Shown: one piece after another, positions 18,920 through 28,620 of the stretch
Position numbering within the stretch: position 1 is the stretch's first letter
How the letters are laid out: each line of letters begins with the position of its first letter
Assembly: GCA_045614665.1 (NCBI GenBank)
Contig: JAZLDI010000026.1
Coordinates: 1 to 56,970, forward strand
Length of the DNA: 56,970 nt
Direction of reading: 5' to 3'
From: Candidatus Enterousia sp.
Lineage (GTDB): Bacteria; Pseudomonadota; Alphaproteobacteria; Rs-D84
Notes under the pieces: model-generated
Told to the model about the DNA's origin: nothing
The model's input: only the letters and a program-made list of their open reading frames with translations
Databases searched by the model: none
Position numbers and translations under genes: made by a program

Positions 18920-20095
18920 ATGAAAAAGAAATTATTTGCATTATTGTTAACGCTTATTTGTGGGGTGGCAAATGCCGCTGAGTTTAAGACCAAGGCAAAA
19001 TCTGCATTCCTGATTGACTATGATTCTGGGGTGGCAATTGTTGCAAAAAACGCTGATAAACTAATGCCGCCGTCATCAATGATAAAACTGATGACGTTGG
19101 CCGTATTGTTTGATGAAATTAAGGCCGGCAATATCACATTAGACACGCGTTTTCCGGTCAGCGAAAATGCAGATTACAATCGTCCAGAATGGTATCCGGC
19201 AAGCAAGATTTGCCTTAGTGCCGGTCAAACAATTTCCGTACGCGATTTGATTTTGGGTCTTATTGTGCAATCGGGCGGTGATGCATCCGTTGTGGTGGCG
19301 GAAAAACTGGCCGGATCCGAAAATGCGTTTACACAAATGATGGAACAAAAGGCACGCAGTCTTGGCATGGAACAATCTACGTTCGGAAATGCCAGCGGTT
19401 TGCCAAATCCGAACAATTTAATGACCAGTCGCGAATTGGCCACGTTGGCGGTTCATCTGATTGAAGAACACCCAAAACTGTATCCTATGTTTGCGACAAA
19501 ACGGTTTGAGTTTAGTGAACATCAGACAGACTGGTGTCGCGAGTGGGGACGCACACATACTGTGAATTATAATAAATTACTGTTTATTATGCCGGGGGCG
19601 GATGGTCTTAAAACAGGACACACAAACGATGGCGGATATGGTATGGTCGCCAGCGCAAAGGTTGGTGGGCGACGCTTGGTAGCGGTGATAAATGGATTCA
19701 ACGGCAAGGGGCACGACGCACTGGCGAACGAGATGAAAAAGTTATTAAATCACGGTTTTTCAACCACAATGAACAAGGTTTTTTATCGCCCCGGCGACAA
19801 GGTCGTCGATATTCCAGTTTGGTATGGAAAACAAGACACCGTTGTCGCAACGGTCGCAAAGCCATTCGCAATTACAGTTGATAAAAAAGATGGGTACAAA
19901 GATGTACGCGTCTTGGCCAGGTTTGACGAACCTATTGCCGCACCAATTGAAGTAAGCGCACCAATCGGCGAACTGATTGCAGAAAAGAATGGTCGCGTTA
20001 TCGCGCGAGCACCACTGGTCGCAAAAGAACGCGTGCGCAAGATTCAATTCATGGGTCGCGTTATCAAAAATATTCGGGTAATATTTGGAATTTAA
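18920..20095 (+). CDS. dacA: D-alanyl-D-alanine carboxypeptidase (PBP5/6 family)
   Basis: Signal peptide; SMIK, SGG (SxN variant), KTG; PBP5 C-terminal domain. Confidence 0.88.
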   Translation: MKKKLFALLLTLICGVANAAEFKTKAKSAFLIDYDSGVAIVAKNADKLMPPSSMIKLMTLAVLFDEIKAGNITLDTRFPVSENADYNRPEWYPASKICLSAGQTISVRDLILGLIVQSGGDASVVVAEKLAGSENAFTQMMEQKARSLGMEQSTFGNASGLPNPNNLMTSRELATLAVHLIEEHPKLYPMFATKRFEFSEHQTDWCREWGRTHTVNYNKLLFIMPGADGLKTGHTNDGGYGMVASAKVGGRRLVAVINGFNGKGHDALANEMKKLLNHGFSTTMNKVFYRPGDKVVDIPVWYGKQDTVVATVAKPFAITVDKKDGYKDVRVLARFDEPIAAPIEVSAPIGELIAEKNGRVIARAPLVAKERVRKIQFMGRVIKNIRVIFGI

Positions 20096-20097
20096 AA

Positions 20098-21003
20098 ATG
20101 GCACCACGTAAAAAGAAAAGTTCAGAATATATTTTTCCCCACCCAATGGAAAATGAAGCCATGGTGGGGCACGGGGATACACTGCGTACGTTTATGAACG
20201 CGTGGGAAAATCGTGACACACACCCCATTCACCCGGTATGGATGCTGACCGGCCCACGCGGAATTGGCAAGGCAACACTGGCATACAAAATCGCAAAAAT
20301 GGTTTATGGAAATGTCGGGGATTTCTTTATCATAGACCAAGACAGGAACATTGATAAAAACGGAAATATAAAATCAGACGGCAAGGTTATATCGGTGTAC
20401 ACCGTACGCGCGATGATTGATAAAATGCAGATGTCGTCTATGTCGGGCGGATGGCGGGTTGTACTGATTGATTCCGTGGATGAATTAAATACGGCGGCAT
20501 CAAATGCAATATTGAAATTATTAGAGGAGCCACCAGCGCAAACACTGTTCCTGTTGGTGGTGCACCAATTATCAAATGTGCTACCTACGGTGCGTTCACG
20601 TGCACGTGTGGAAAAAATGCGGCCGCTGACCATATCCCAGATGCGGGAACTGTGCGCGCGGTTTATGCCCGAAGATGACATCAGCACAGATACATTACGT
20701 CTGGCGAATGGTTGTTTTGGAAAAATTGCAAACCTTAAATCATCAGGCGGGGATGAAATTTATGAACACCTGATTGATATACTCAGTAACCCACGGGCAA
20801 ACGCGGGCGATATGATGGCCATCGCAAAAAAGATTGCACCAAACCCAGAAATATATCCAATACTGTTGGACGCAATTGCACATTTTGGCCTGGCGGATTT
20901 GTACCCAATGGCAACACACGCAATCGCGGATGTGAATCGTATTTATCTGGAACCAGAAATTGCAATATTTAAAATAATAAGCGAAATAAAAAAATGTTTA
21001 TAG
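20098..21003 (+). CDS. holB: DNA polymerase III delta' subunit
   Basis: GPRGIGKAT, ASNAILKLLEEPP, LPTVRSR. Confidence 0.85.
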   Translation: MAPRKKKSSEYIFPHPMENEAMVGHGDTLRTFMNAWENRDTHPIHPVWMLTGPRGIGKATLAYKIAKMVYGNVGDFFIIDQDRNIDKNGNIKSDGKVISVYTVRAMIDKMQMSSMSGGWRVVLIDSVDELNTAASNAILKLLEEPPAQTLFLLVVHQLSNVLPTVRSRARVEKMRPLTISQMRELCARFMPEDDISTDTLRLANGCFGKIANLKSSGGDEIYEHLIDILSNPRANAGDMMAIAKKIAPNPEIYPILLDAIAHFGLADLYPMATHAIADVNRIYLEPEIAIFKIISEIKKCL

Positions 21004-21752
21004 ATACACACTGTCATTTAACTGACCGGCATTGCGGCGACGGGGACGTTGACCGCGCAATCGCAAATGCAATGTCTGCGGGTGTTGGCGTTATGATTTG
21101 CCCCACCGCTGACCCAGACGATATTCCCGGCGCGTTGCACATCGCGCATATGCATGATAATGTTTTTTGCACAATCGGAATTCACCCAGAATACGTTACC
21201 GCAAATCCAGACGAATATTTAACCGAAGACATACTAAACGACCCTCGGGTTGTTGGCATTGGCGAAATCGGATTAGATTACCACTATAACGCGGACACAC
21301 GCACGCAACAGATTGAATTATTTGAACGACAATTGGCAATCGCAAAGAAATACGCCCTGCCCGTGGCAATTCATACCCGTGAAGCCGAAACAGATACCGC
21401 CAACATATTAACCGGTGATGTATGTGGGGTTATGCACTGTTATACAAGTTCGTGGGATTTGGCAAAAAAAATGTTGGACCGCGGATTTATGTTTTCGGCC
21501 AGCGGCATTTTAACATTTAAAAATTCTGCCGACATTCGCGAAACTTTTTCGAAAATTCCAATCGACCGAATTGTTATTGAAACCGATGCCCCATATTGCG
21601 CACCGGTTCCATATCGTGGCAAAACGTGCGAGCCCGCAATGGTGATTGAGACCGCACGCGTTTTGGCGGATATCAAGGACGTAAACATATCAGAACTGGA
21701 ACATATTCTGGAACAAAACACAAAGAAACTGTATCCAAAAATTCATTTTTAA
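20994..21752 (+). CDS. tatD: TatD family hydrolase
   Basis: DTHCHL, GIHP, GEIGLDY, IHTREA, ETDAPY. Confidence 0.92.
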   Translation: MFIDTHCHLTDRHCGDGDVDRAIANAMSAGVGVMICPTADPDDIPGALHIAHMHDNVFCTIGIHPEYVTANPDEYLTEDILNDPRVVGIGEIGLDYHYNADTRTQQIELFERQLAIAKKYALPVAIHTREAETDTANILTGDVCGVMHCYTSSWDLAKKMLDRGFMFSASGILTFKNSADIRETFSKIPIDRIVIETDAPYCAPVPYRGKTCEPAMVIETARVLADIKDVNISELEHILEQNTKKLYPKIHF

Positions 21753-21812
21753 GTTCGGCACACATGCATAAAATTTGCAATCATGTAATTATTGGTGTAA
21801 AATACGCGCATT

Positions 21813-22283
21813 ATGGCACGTCAGATTATAAAATTTGGTCAGGTTTCTGAAAACCGCAAAGCGCGGTTTAATTATTCTATTGAAGATACAATAGAAGCCG
21901 GCATTTCATTAACCGGCGCAGAAATTAAATCTATTCGATATGGTTTGGTGACCATTGTTGACGGGTTCGTTCAACGGCGCGGCGACAATTTATTCTTGGC
22001 GGGGGTGGAAGTTCAAAAATTACCAACCGCGGCACGCATCGTAAACTTTGACGAGCGTCGCAGCCGCCAGTTATTATTACACCGCAATCAAATAAACCGA
22101 CTGATTGGAAAATTACAAGAAAAAGGTGCAACGATTGTGCCCCTGAAACTGTATTTTAATAATCGTGGTAAATTAAAAGTCTTGCTGGGCATCGGATATG
22201 GTAAAAACAAGGTCGACAAACGCGAAACAATAAAACAACGCGAATGGGATAAAAACAAAGCCCGCATTTTAAAAGGAAATTAA
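21813..22283 (+). CDS. smpB: SsrA-binding protein
   Basis: ENRKARFNY, EAGISLTGAEIKSIR, DKRETIKQREW. Confidence 0.95.
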   Translation: MARQIIKFGQVSENRKARFNYSIEDTIEAGISLTGAEIKSIRYGLVTIVDGFVQRRGDNLFLAGVEVQKLPTAARIVNFDERRSRQLLLHRNQINRLIGKLQEKGATIVPLKLYFNNRGKLKVLLGIGYGKNKVDKRETIKQREWDKNKARILKGN

Positions 22284-22309
22284 AAAATCCCCCGATTGGG
22301 GGATTTTTA
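22284..22309. terminator. Intrinsic terminator after smpB
   Basis: AAAAATCCCC-CGATT-GGGGATTTTT. Confidence 0.75.
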
Positions 22310-22455
22310 TTTGTAATAACACACATCTCGTGTCAATTTGATTATTTAACAATTTAAATGCGGTTTCAATACAGAAAAATAATCTTTTGTTAAAACGACA
22401 CACCAACGAAAAAGTCCCCACACGGGGGACCTTTAATCTAGCAATCAAACAAGGT

Positions 22456-22728
22456 TTAGTTCAAAGCTTCTTTCAATGCTTTACCTGGTTTGAATTTAGG
22501 CTGAATAGAAGCTGCAATTTTGATGGCTTCGCCAGTCTGAGGATTACGGCCAGTTGTTGCTTTGCGTTTTGCAGTTGCAAATGTACCGTAACCAACCAAG
22601 CGAACTTCGCCTTTCTTTTTCAGAACTTTTGTTACGTTGTTGATGAATGCGTCTACGCATGCAGCCGCAGCAGCCTTTGTAATATCAACATCATTTGCGA
22701 TTGCTTCAATCAATTGAGCTTTGTTCAT
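22456..22728 (-). CDS. hup: DNA-binding protein HU
   Basis: MNKAQLIEAIA...GRNPQTGEAIKI...KFKPGKALK. Confidence 0.95.
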   Translation of the reverse strand: MNKAQLIEAIANDVDITKAAAAACVDAFINNVTKVLKKKGEVRLVGYGTFATAKRKATTGRNPQTGEAIKIAASIQPKFKPGKALKEALN

Positions 22729-22758
22729 ATGTTTCTCCTTTCATAGATTTTATAATAA

Positions 22759-22881
22759 GGTGTCCCGCAAGGTTCCCCAGGCAATGTCGATATAATCAAA
22801 GGCGCATATTTGTGCGATTTTTCAGAACCACACCGCCCCAATGTCTTGGATTATATGGACATTGCCTGACCTGCTTACCCG
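22759..22881 (-). ncRNA. Candidate rod-shaped RNA or structured leader upstream of hup
   Basis: CAGGCAATGTC/GACATTGCCTG, ATATAATC/GATTATAT and GTGTGGTT/AATCGCAC nested stems directly after a promoter. Confidence 0.45.
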
Positions 22882-22882
22882 A

Positions 22883-22911
22883 ATCGTAGAGAAATCCGCG
22901 CTTTAAGTCAA
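22883..22911 (-). promoter_or_regulatory. Sigma70-type promoter for the hup leader
   Basis: TTGACT-17 nt-TACGAT on the minus strand. Confidence 0.65.
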
Positions 22912-22962
22912 GTCCATATTTTAAAATTCGTGTTTTTTTTGACTGCTGACAAATTTACGCAT

Positions 22963-23442
22963 TTAATGCGATACGATATCCGCACGTACAGGACGTGCGC
23001 CTTCGTCGCCAAATTCACACAGTATATAATCACGATTCACGCCGTTAACGTGCACACTTCTGAAATAATTAGGTGTCATCATCAACATAAATATTATGAC
23101 AACCGCCCAGAATAACATCTTGGTCAATCCCCATGGCTGTTTATATTTGTCGCCATCAAATTTATCTTTTAATAAATTTTGATACAGTGCCCACCCCCAT
23201 GAAAATGACAAAACAATCAAACATGCCGCAAGTAATATTTTAAAGAATTTTGAAAACTGACTAAAACCCGTGGCAATGGGATCCCAAATCGTACTGGTCG
23301 CGGGGCATACATATAAAACATTTGCAGAAACCGTGTCCGGAATTTTTGTTGCAACATCAACCGGGTCTAATTGCAGACCGAATGACGACACAATTATTAT
23401 CGCCGTCAACAAACAAATCGCCGTGACCATTGTTGGTTTCAT
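22963..23442 (-). CDS. Hypothetical membrane protein
   Basis: Three hydrophobic segments; GGGG RBS before MKPTM. Confidence 0.6.
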   Translation of the reverse strand: MKPTMVTAICLLTAIIIVSSFGLQLDPVDVATKIPDTVSANVLYVCPATSTIWDPIATGFSQFSKFFKILLAACLIVLSFSWGWALYQNLLKDKFDGDKYKQPWGLTKMLFWAVVIIFMLMMTPNYFRSVHVNGVNRDYILCEFGDEGARPVRADIVSH

Positions 23443-23526
23443 TTCTTTTCCCCCGTACTTAGGTATTATTATATCATAAAACACTAATCCATTGCAATTT
23501 CAGAAACTTTTATTTAATATTTTTAT

Positions 23527-24303
23527 ATGGCGCGACAAAAATATAATCTTGTTATCGGGTTAACCACGTTCAGCCACGAATTTTTGAAAATTTCTGGGGC
23601 TGGTTTGGCACGCATGCCCAGGAACAGTGTATTAGTTATATATAATGATAATCCGTGCAGACTGTTAAAGCATCGCACAATCCGTAAACTGGGGTTTCGT
23701 GGACAATTGCATATTATAAACACGGATGAAAATATTGGCATCATTCGGGCGCGCACAGCGATACTAAATTATATCAGCAAAAACAAAATTGATGCGGCGT
23801 GGCTATTGTTCGCAAATGATGATGATATCGTTATGAACGGTGACGTACCACAAGTTGATGAAAGCATATTCGCAGTTATTGGGAATGCGGTTGTTATACG
23901 GCAACGCGTACTGGATATTCTGCGCGTGATGAATAATCCAGACGACTATACGGTTGATGGAGTTGACACACAACTGTATGCACCACATATCTCAATGGCG
24001 GGCACATTTGTGCGTACAAAGTACATTCTGGAATTTGGTGCATTTTTATCAAACGTAATGCCAAACATAACAGAGATTACATCAAATCTGCCATTTGTAA
24101 TACCAGCGGATGCAATACTGTGGAATATGTTTGTTGAATACATGAGCAAACATCATCCAGAAATGTCACCCATTTATATGAATCAAATTAACTATTTGAT
24201 GACAAAACTAAATAACAGTTGCCACCCATCGGACAGTCAGCGCAACGGACTGATTACGCGGGCGGTTGCAATTGCTGCGGCCATACAAGGCGACGACGAA
24301 TAA
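23527..24303 (+). CDS. GT-A/GT2-like glycosyltransferase-fold protein
   Basis: VIYNDN, ENIGIIRAR, LLFANDDDIV (DXD). Confidence 0.55.
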   Translation: MARQKYNLVIGLTTFSHEFLKISGAGLARMPRNSVLVIYNDNPCRLLKHRTIRKLGFRGQLHIINTDENIGIIRARTAILNYISKNKIDAAWLLFANDDDIVMNGDVPQVDESIFAVIGNAVVIRQRVLDILRVMNNPDDYTVDGVDTQLYAPHISMAGTFVRTKYILEFGAFLSNVMPNITEITSNLPFVIPADAILWNMFVEYMSKHHPEMSPIYMNQINYLMTKLNNSCHPSDSQRNGLITRAVAIAAAIQGDDE

Positions 24304-24388
24304 AATAATTTCTAAATTTTAAAATATATGATTGAAACAGGCGTTGAATGTTTATACAATGCCCCCTGAAAATAAAAGGATATATAAC

Positions 24389-26467
24389 ATGACGTATAAT
24401 GATATAAGAAAAGCTTTCTTGCAATATTTTGAATCACGGGGACATACAATTGTTCCATCTGCGTCGTTGATACCAAACGATCCAACATTATTGTTTACGG
24501 TTGCAGGCATGGTTCCGTGGAAAGGGATTTTACAAGGGACCGAGCCAGCATTTGCACCACGTGTTGCCGACGTTCAAAAATGTATTCGTGCCGGCGGTAA
24601 ACACAATGACCTGGAAGATGTTGGTTTTGACGGTCGTCACCATACGTTTTTTGAAATGTTAGGCAACTGGTCTTTTGGTGATTATTTCAAGGCGGGCGCA
24701 ATTGAAATGTCTTGGGAGTTATTAACCAAGGTTTTCGGCCTGGATCCGGAACGCATTGTTGTCACCACGCATTATAGCGATGACGAGGCTGTAAAAATCT
24801 GGAAACAGGTTGCTGGGAAAGATGCGATTTTGTTAGGTGACAAAGATAACTGGTGGTCAGCAGGCGATACAGGTCCATGTGGCCCGTGCACAGAAATGCA
24901 CTATGATATGGGTGCTGGTTTGCCGGGGGGCTTGCCGGGGTCGGCTGATGAAGACGGTGGTCGCTGGGTCGAAATTTGGAACGATGTGTTTATGCAATAT
25001 GATCGTGACGCCAATGGTAATTTAACGCCACTGCCAAAACAAAATGTTGATACGGGCGCGGGCCTGGAACGTTTTGCTTCCATTTTACAGGGAAAAACGG
25101 ATAATTACGACACAGATTTGTTCGTAAACCTGAAACGCGCGGTGTCTGATGTAACGGGCGTTGCCGAAACGGCGGAAAACGTTTCTAGTTTCAAGGTTAT
25201 CACGGACCACTTGCGCTCGGTCGGATTTGCAATCGCAGATGGCGTTATCCCATCAAACACAGACCGTGGCTATGTAATCCGCCGTATATTACGTCGTGCA
25301 ATGCGTCATGGACAAATCCTGGGACACAAGGGGGCATTATTGTCTAAACTGTATCCGGCGTTAATTACCGAAATGGGTGATGCATATCCAGAGTTGGCAG
25401 AAAACCAGGCACGCGTCGTTGAAATTATTCAGAACGAGGAAAACGCATTCGCAGATATGCTGCAAAATGGAATGAAATTATTGGAAAGCGAATTGCCAAA
25501 ACTGAACAACAAGGTTTTGCCAGGTGACGTTGCATTTAAATTGTTCGACACATATGGTTTCCCGCTTGATTTAACCCAGATGATTTTACGCGACAGAAAC
25601 ATTGACGTGGATGTAGCTGGCTTTGAAAAATCAATGACCGAACAGAAGGAGCGCTCACGCGCCAACACCAAGGGCACACGTATATTCTGGGAATCCCAGA
25701 CGGATTTGGCCGCAACTGATGACGTGGCAAAATACGCACCGGTGGAAATGGAATCGCGCGTTCTGTCCATCTTGCGTAATGGGGAATTTGTAAAATCCGC
25801 CACCGCCGGGGACGAGGTTGAAATCGCCCTGGATAAAACCACATTCTATGGCACCCAAGGGGGTCAGGTCGGCGACAGTGGTGAATTAAAACGCGGTGAC
25901 GAGGTTGTCTTGGCCGTGACCGAGGCCGCACGCGTTGACAACGTCGTTATCCACAAAGGTGTTTTGAAATCTGATATTGCCGTTGGTGACATTGTAACAC
26001 CGGTACTGAATGCCGCGGTGCGTCAACAGACGGCACGCGCCCATACGGCAACACACTTGCTTCAGGCGGCGTTACGTCACGTCTTGAACGAAGATGTTGA
26101 ACAGCGCGGTTCCAAGGTTTCGCCGGATTCGGTTCGTTTTGACTTTTCGTTTGGTCGTGCGATGACGGCCGAAGAAAAGACGGCGGTTGAAAACCTGATT
26201 AACGAATGGATTGCGGCCGATATGCCGGTTGCCCATGAACAGATGTCAATGGACGATGCGGTTAAGCGTGGTGCGATGGCACTGTTCGGTGAAAAATATG
26301 GCGACACCGTTCGTGTGATTACCGCCAGCGATGTGTCGTGTGAATTATGTGGCGGAACACACATTCATCACACGGGCGAAATTATCAAGGCTAAAATAAA
26401 CAAAGAAAAATCTATCAGCAGTGGTATTCGCCGCATAACAATGTCGGTTGGAACATTGGCAGAATAA
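24389..26467 (+). CDS. alaS: Alanine--tRNA ligase lacking the C-terminal C-Ala domain
   Basis: DPTLLFTVAGM, HHTFFEMLGN, GPCGPC, HTATHLL, ELCGGTH; ends just after SSGIRRI. Confidence 0.95.
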   Translation: MTYNDIRKAFLQYFESRGHTIVPSASLIPNDPTLLFTVAGMVPWKGILQGTEPAFAPRVADVQKCIRAGGKHNDLEDVGFDGRHHTFFEMLGNWSFGDYFKAGAIEMSWELLTKVFGLDPERIVVTTHYSDDEAVKIWKQVAGKDAILLGDKDNWWSAGDTGPCGPCTEMHYDMGAGLPGGLPGSADEDGGRWVEIWNDVFMQYDRDANGNLTPLPKQNVDTGAGLERFASILQGKTDNYDTDLFVNLKRAVSDVTGVAETAENVSSFKVITDHLRSVGFAIADGVIPSNTDRGYVIRRILRRAMRHGQILGHKGALLSKLYPALITEMGDAYPELAENQARVVEIIQNEENAFADMLQNGMKLLESELPKLNNKVLPGDVAFKLFDTYGFPLDLTQMILRDRNIDVDVAGFEKSMTEQKERSRANTKGTRIFWESQTDLAATDDVAKYAPVEMESRVLSILRNGEFVKSATAGDEVEIALDKTTFYGTQGGQVGDSGELKRGDEVVLAVTEAARVDNVVIHKGVLKSDIAVGDIVTPVLNAAVRQQTARAHTATHLLQAALRHVLNEDVEQRGSKVSPDSVRFDFSFGRAMTAEEKTAVENLINEWIAADMPVAHEQMSMDDAVKRGAMALFGEKYGDTVRVITASDVSCELCGGTHIHHTGEIIKAKINKEKSISSGIRRITMSVGTLAE

Positions 26468-26605
26468 AAAAACCGCCAAACGGCGGTTTCTTTTTTCTAT
26501 AATGCCGTCCATAGCAAATACATAGCAAAAACTTTGCGTATATTGTTCGGCGACATCAAAATTTGATGCCGCCAAACAATACCTGGAACAACTGATTCAA
26601 ATAAA

Positions 26606-27142
26606 TCAATAACCACTATAGTCTGCATTATTGTATAGCCGCCATTCTGCATCACGTCGCCCATCCAAGATTCCTCCATTTCTAAATGCACGCCACGCAT
26701 CTTCTAAATTTGGGTAAATATTGCTTTTATATTTATTGTCATTCAAATATTTTCTAACCGTTGATTGGTATAGCCCACGATTTCTATTTTGTGGTGCAGC
26801 AGACCCGGCCCCAATATTAAATACCAGCGACACCAATGCATCATATTGGCTTTGTGTCATATTTGATATGGCATCAGCAGATATTTGTTCGTTTATTGTG
26901 TTATAGGTTGCTTGCAGGTCTTGCTGCAACAGTTTTGTCGTCTGTTGTTCCGTTAAACCAGCACTAAAATCTTCACCTGGCTTTACCAAATGCCCATAGC
27001 CAATTGTTGCACCCACTGGCAATGGAACTCCTGCAGGTACAGGTTTGCCCGTGGCATCATCGTATATAACGTGTTTTCCATTAACCTTGACCGAACCTTC
27101 TAACCCTTTTAACCACTCGATACCTTTATCACTCATTTTCAT
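26606..27142 (-). CDS. Lysozyme, GH24/phage-type
   Basis: MSDKGIEWLKGLEG...YDD...TIGYGH...TQSQYDALVSLVFNIG...GRRDAE. Confidence 0.85.
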   Translation of the reverse strand: MKMSDKGIEWLKGLEGSVKVNGKHVIYDDATGKPVPAGVPLPVGATIGYGHLVKPGEDFSAGLTEQQTTKLLQQDLQATYNTINEQISADAISNMTQSQYDALVSLVFNIGAGSAAPQNRNRGLYQSTVRKYLNDNKYKSNIYPNLEDAWRAFRNGGILDGRRDAEWRLYNNADYSGY

Positions 27143-27157
27143 ATCAGACACCTTTTG

Positions 27158-27192
27158 TAAATAAAAAACGCCCACATATGTGGGCAACAAAA
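27158..27192 (-). repeat. Hairpin/T-tract leader motif upstream of the lysozyme gene; homologous to 28465-28500
   Basis: TTGCCCACATATGTGGGCGTTTTTTATTTA vs TTGCCCGCATATACGGGCGTTTTTTTATTTA (compensatory stem change). Confidence 0.7.
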
Positions 27193-27320
27193 TTATCCAT
27201 ATTTGATGTTAAACCAATACAGCCGGCAGAACCGAAAGCAACGCCACCATGTATAGAAAATTTGTCTCTCCCGAATGTGTTAGTTTCTTTTGCAGGTTCT
27301 AACCATACTCTGTGGTCACA
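27178..27320 (-). pseudogene. Orphan C-terminal fragment of a second Tlde1/DUF2778 toxin
   Basis: HRVWLEPAKETNTFGRDKFSIHGGVAFGSAGCIGLTSNMDNF aligns with SRIALEASTSTNTYGRGGFYVHGGWTAGSNGCIDLTENMADF of 27615-28448. Confidence 0.8.
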
Positions 27321-27666
27321 TAAAAAACGCATCTATAACCAGAATGTATGCCAATGTTAAAATAGGCCACACAATCATTCCTAATATTGGAACAAACAGG
27401 AATTTCCATTTATATCGTTTGATTGTGTGACTAGCAATCAGCACAAACGTTATACCGAATAAGATTATACAAATCTGGTCGATAAGTATTAAACAGCTTT
27501 GATTACAAAGAAAATATAGCAAGCCATCCCATTTGCTGACACTTAAAAGCCCACGCAAATCATTCATAAAGAATAATAGTATACTAAAAGATAAAACGCT
27601 TGCTATGAAACTCATCATCTGTATGATACTTTGACAATCAAATCTTGTCCATGTTTTTTTAGCCAC
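27316..27666 (-). CDS. Membrane protein, putative immunity protein
   Basis: Three TM segments; overlaps the toxin 3' end. Confidence 0.5.
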   Translation of the reverse strand: MAKKTWTRFDCQSIIQMMSFIASVLSFSILLFFMNDLRGLLSVSKWDGLLYFLCNQSCLILIDQICIILFGITFVLIASHTIKRYKWKFLFVPILGMIVWPILTLAYILVIDAFFM

Positions 27667-28448
27667 TGTGTAAAATCTGCCATATTTTCTGTCAAATCAA
27701 TACAACCATTAGAACCAGCGGTCCAACCACCGTGTACATAAAATCCTCCTCTGCCGTACGTATTGGTTGATGTAGATGCCTCTAACGCTATTCTTGATTT
27801 GCCCCATGATGGCTGACCGCCAGGCCAGGTCCCAACACCAACAAGTCCCATTGTTGACCCGTATATTGTTATTCCTTGTAAGCTTTGTTGTCTTGCGACG
27901 TATGTTCCCTCTGGGATTGTTCCTTTGTCTTTCATAGATTGAAATTCTGGTGTTTGATAGCCTTTGTTTCCAGATACTGCGTCCCACGACATAATTGGCT
28001 TGTTGTTTTCATAAATGCTTAATGTTTTTCCATCAAACACTGCAACTTGATTTTTGTTTGTATTGACCGGATATTCAAATTTTGCACCATGTGATTCAAA
28101 CTTCGTATTCAACACGCGTTCTGTTTCGTCACCCGATGATATGCGCCCAGTTATGGGTAAATTGTTATCGCGTTGAAAATCCTTAATCGCTGTAATCAGT
28201 TCTGTGTTTGTGTATTTGTGAAATTGTCCGTTATAGTGATATGGGCAAATGCGCTCGTATGGGGCGACCTCGGTGCCATCGGCACGTGTGTATCCGGACA
28301 CTTGAATAATTCCGTCACATTGCTCGGTGGAATCACGACCATTATTTGCACCTTGTTGTCCTTTTAATTTTGCGTATATATTGGCCAGTGTGCCTGCGGC
28401 CTGAACCCAATCTTTGGTTCGCATAGACGTGTACTCTTTAAGTGCCAT
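27615..28448 (-). CDS. Tlde1/DUF2778-like L,D-transpeptidase-fold protein with a PG-binding-like domain
   Basis: AIKDFQRDNNLPITG (PG_binding_1-like); FDGKTL...AVSG...GTIPEGTY...HGG....GSNGCIDL; AAAGGAG RBS. Confidence 0.75.
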   Translation of the reverse strand: MALKEYTSMRTKDWVQAAGTLANIYAKLKGQQGANNGRDSTEQCDGIIQVSGYTRADGTEVAPYERICPYHYNGQFHKYTNTELITAIKDFQRDNNLPITGRISSGDETERVLNTKFESHGAKFEYPVNTNKNQVAVFDGKTLSIYENNKPIMSWDAVSGNKGYQTPEFQSMKDKGTIPEGTYVARQQSLQGITIYGSTMGLVGVGTWPGGQPSWGKSRIALEASTSTNTYGRGGFYVHGGWTAGSNGCIDLTENMADFTQWLKKHGQDLIVKVSYR

Positions 28449-28569
28449 ATTTTTCTCCTTTGGCTAAATAAAAAAACGCCCGTATATGCGGGCAATAAAA
28501 AAAGACGACCAAATGTCGTCCGCAGAATGCATTTATTATATCACAAAACACGATTTTTTTCAAGATAAA

Positions 28570-28620
28570 ACAAAACGACCGGCAAGCGGTCGTTGATTTT
28601 CTGGTGGGGACACAGGGACT
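28570..28620 (-). repeat. Duplicate of the tRNA-Lys last 19 nt plus terminator
   Basis: 28602-28620 TGGTGGGGACACAGGGACT = 28786-28804; the terminator AACGACCGGCA.GCGGTCGTT is duplicated too. Confidence 0.95.

Noticed and set aside
26606-27142. Prophage lysis cassette
   Set aside because: No other phage genes nearby; context fits a toxin cassette better.
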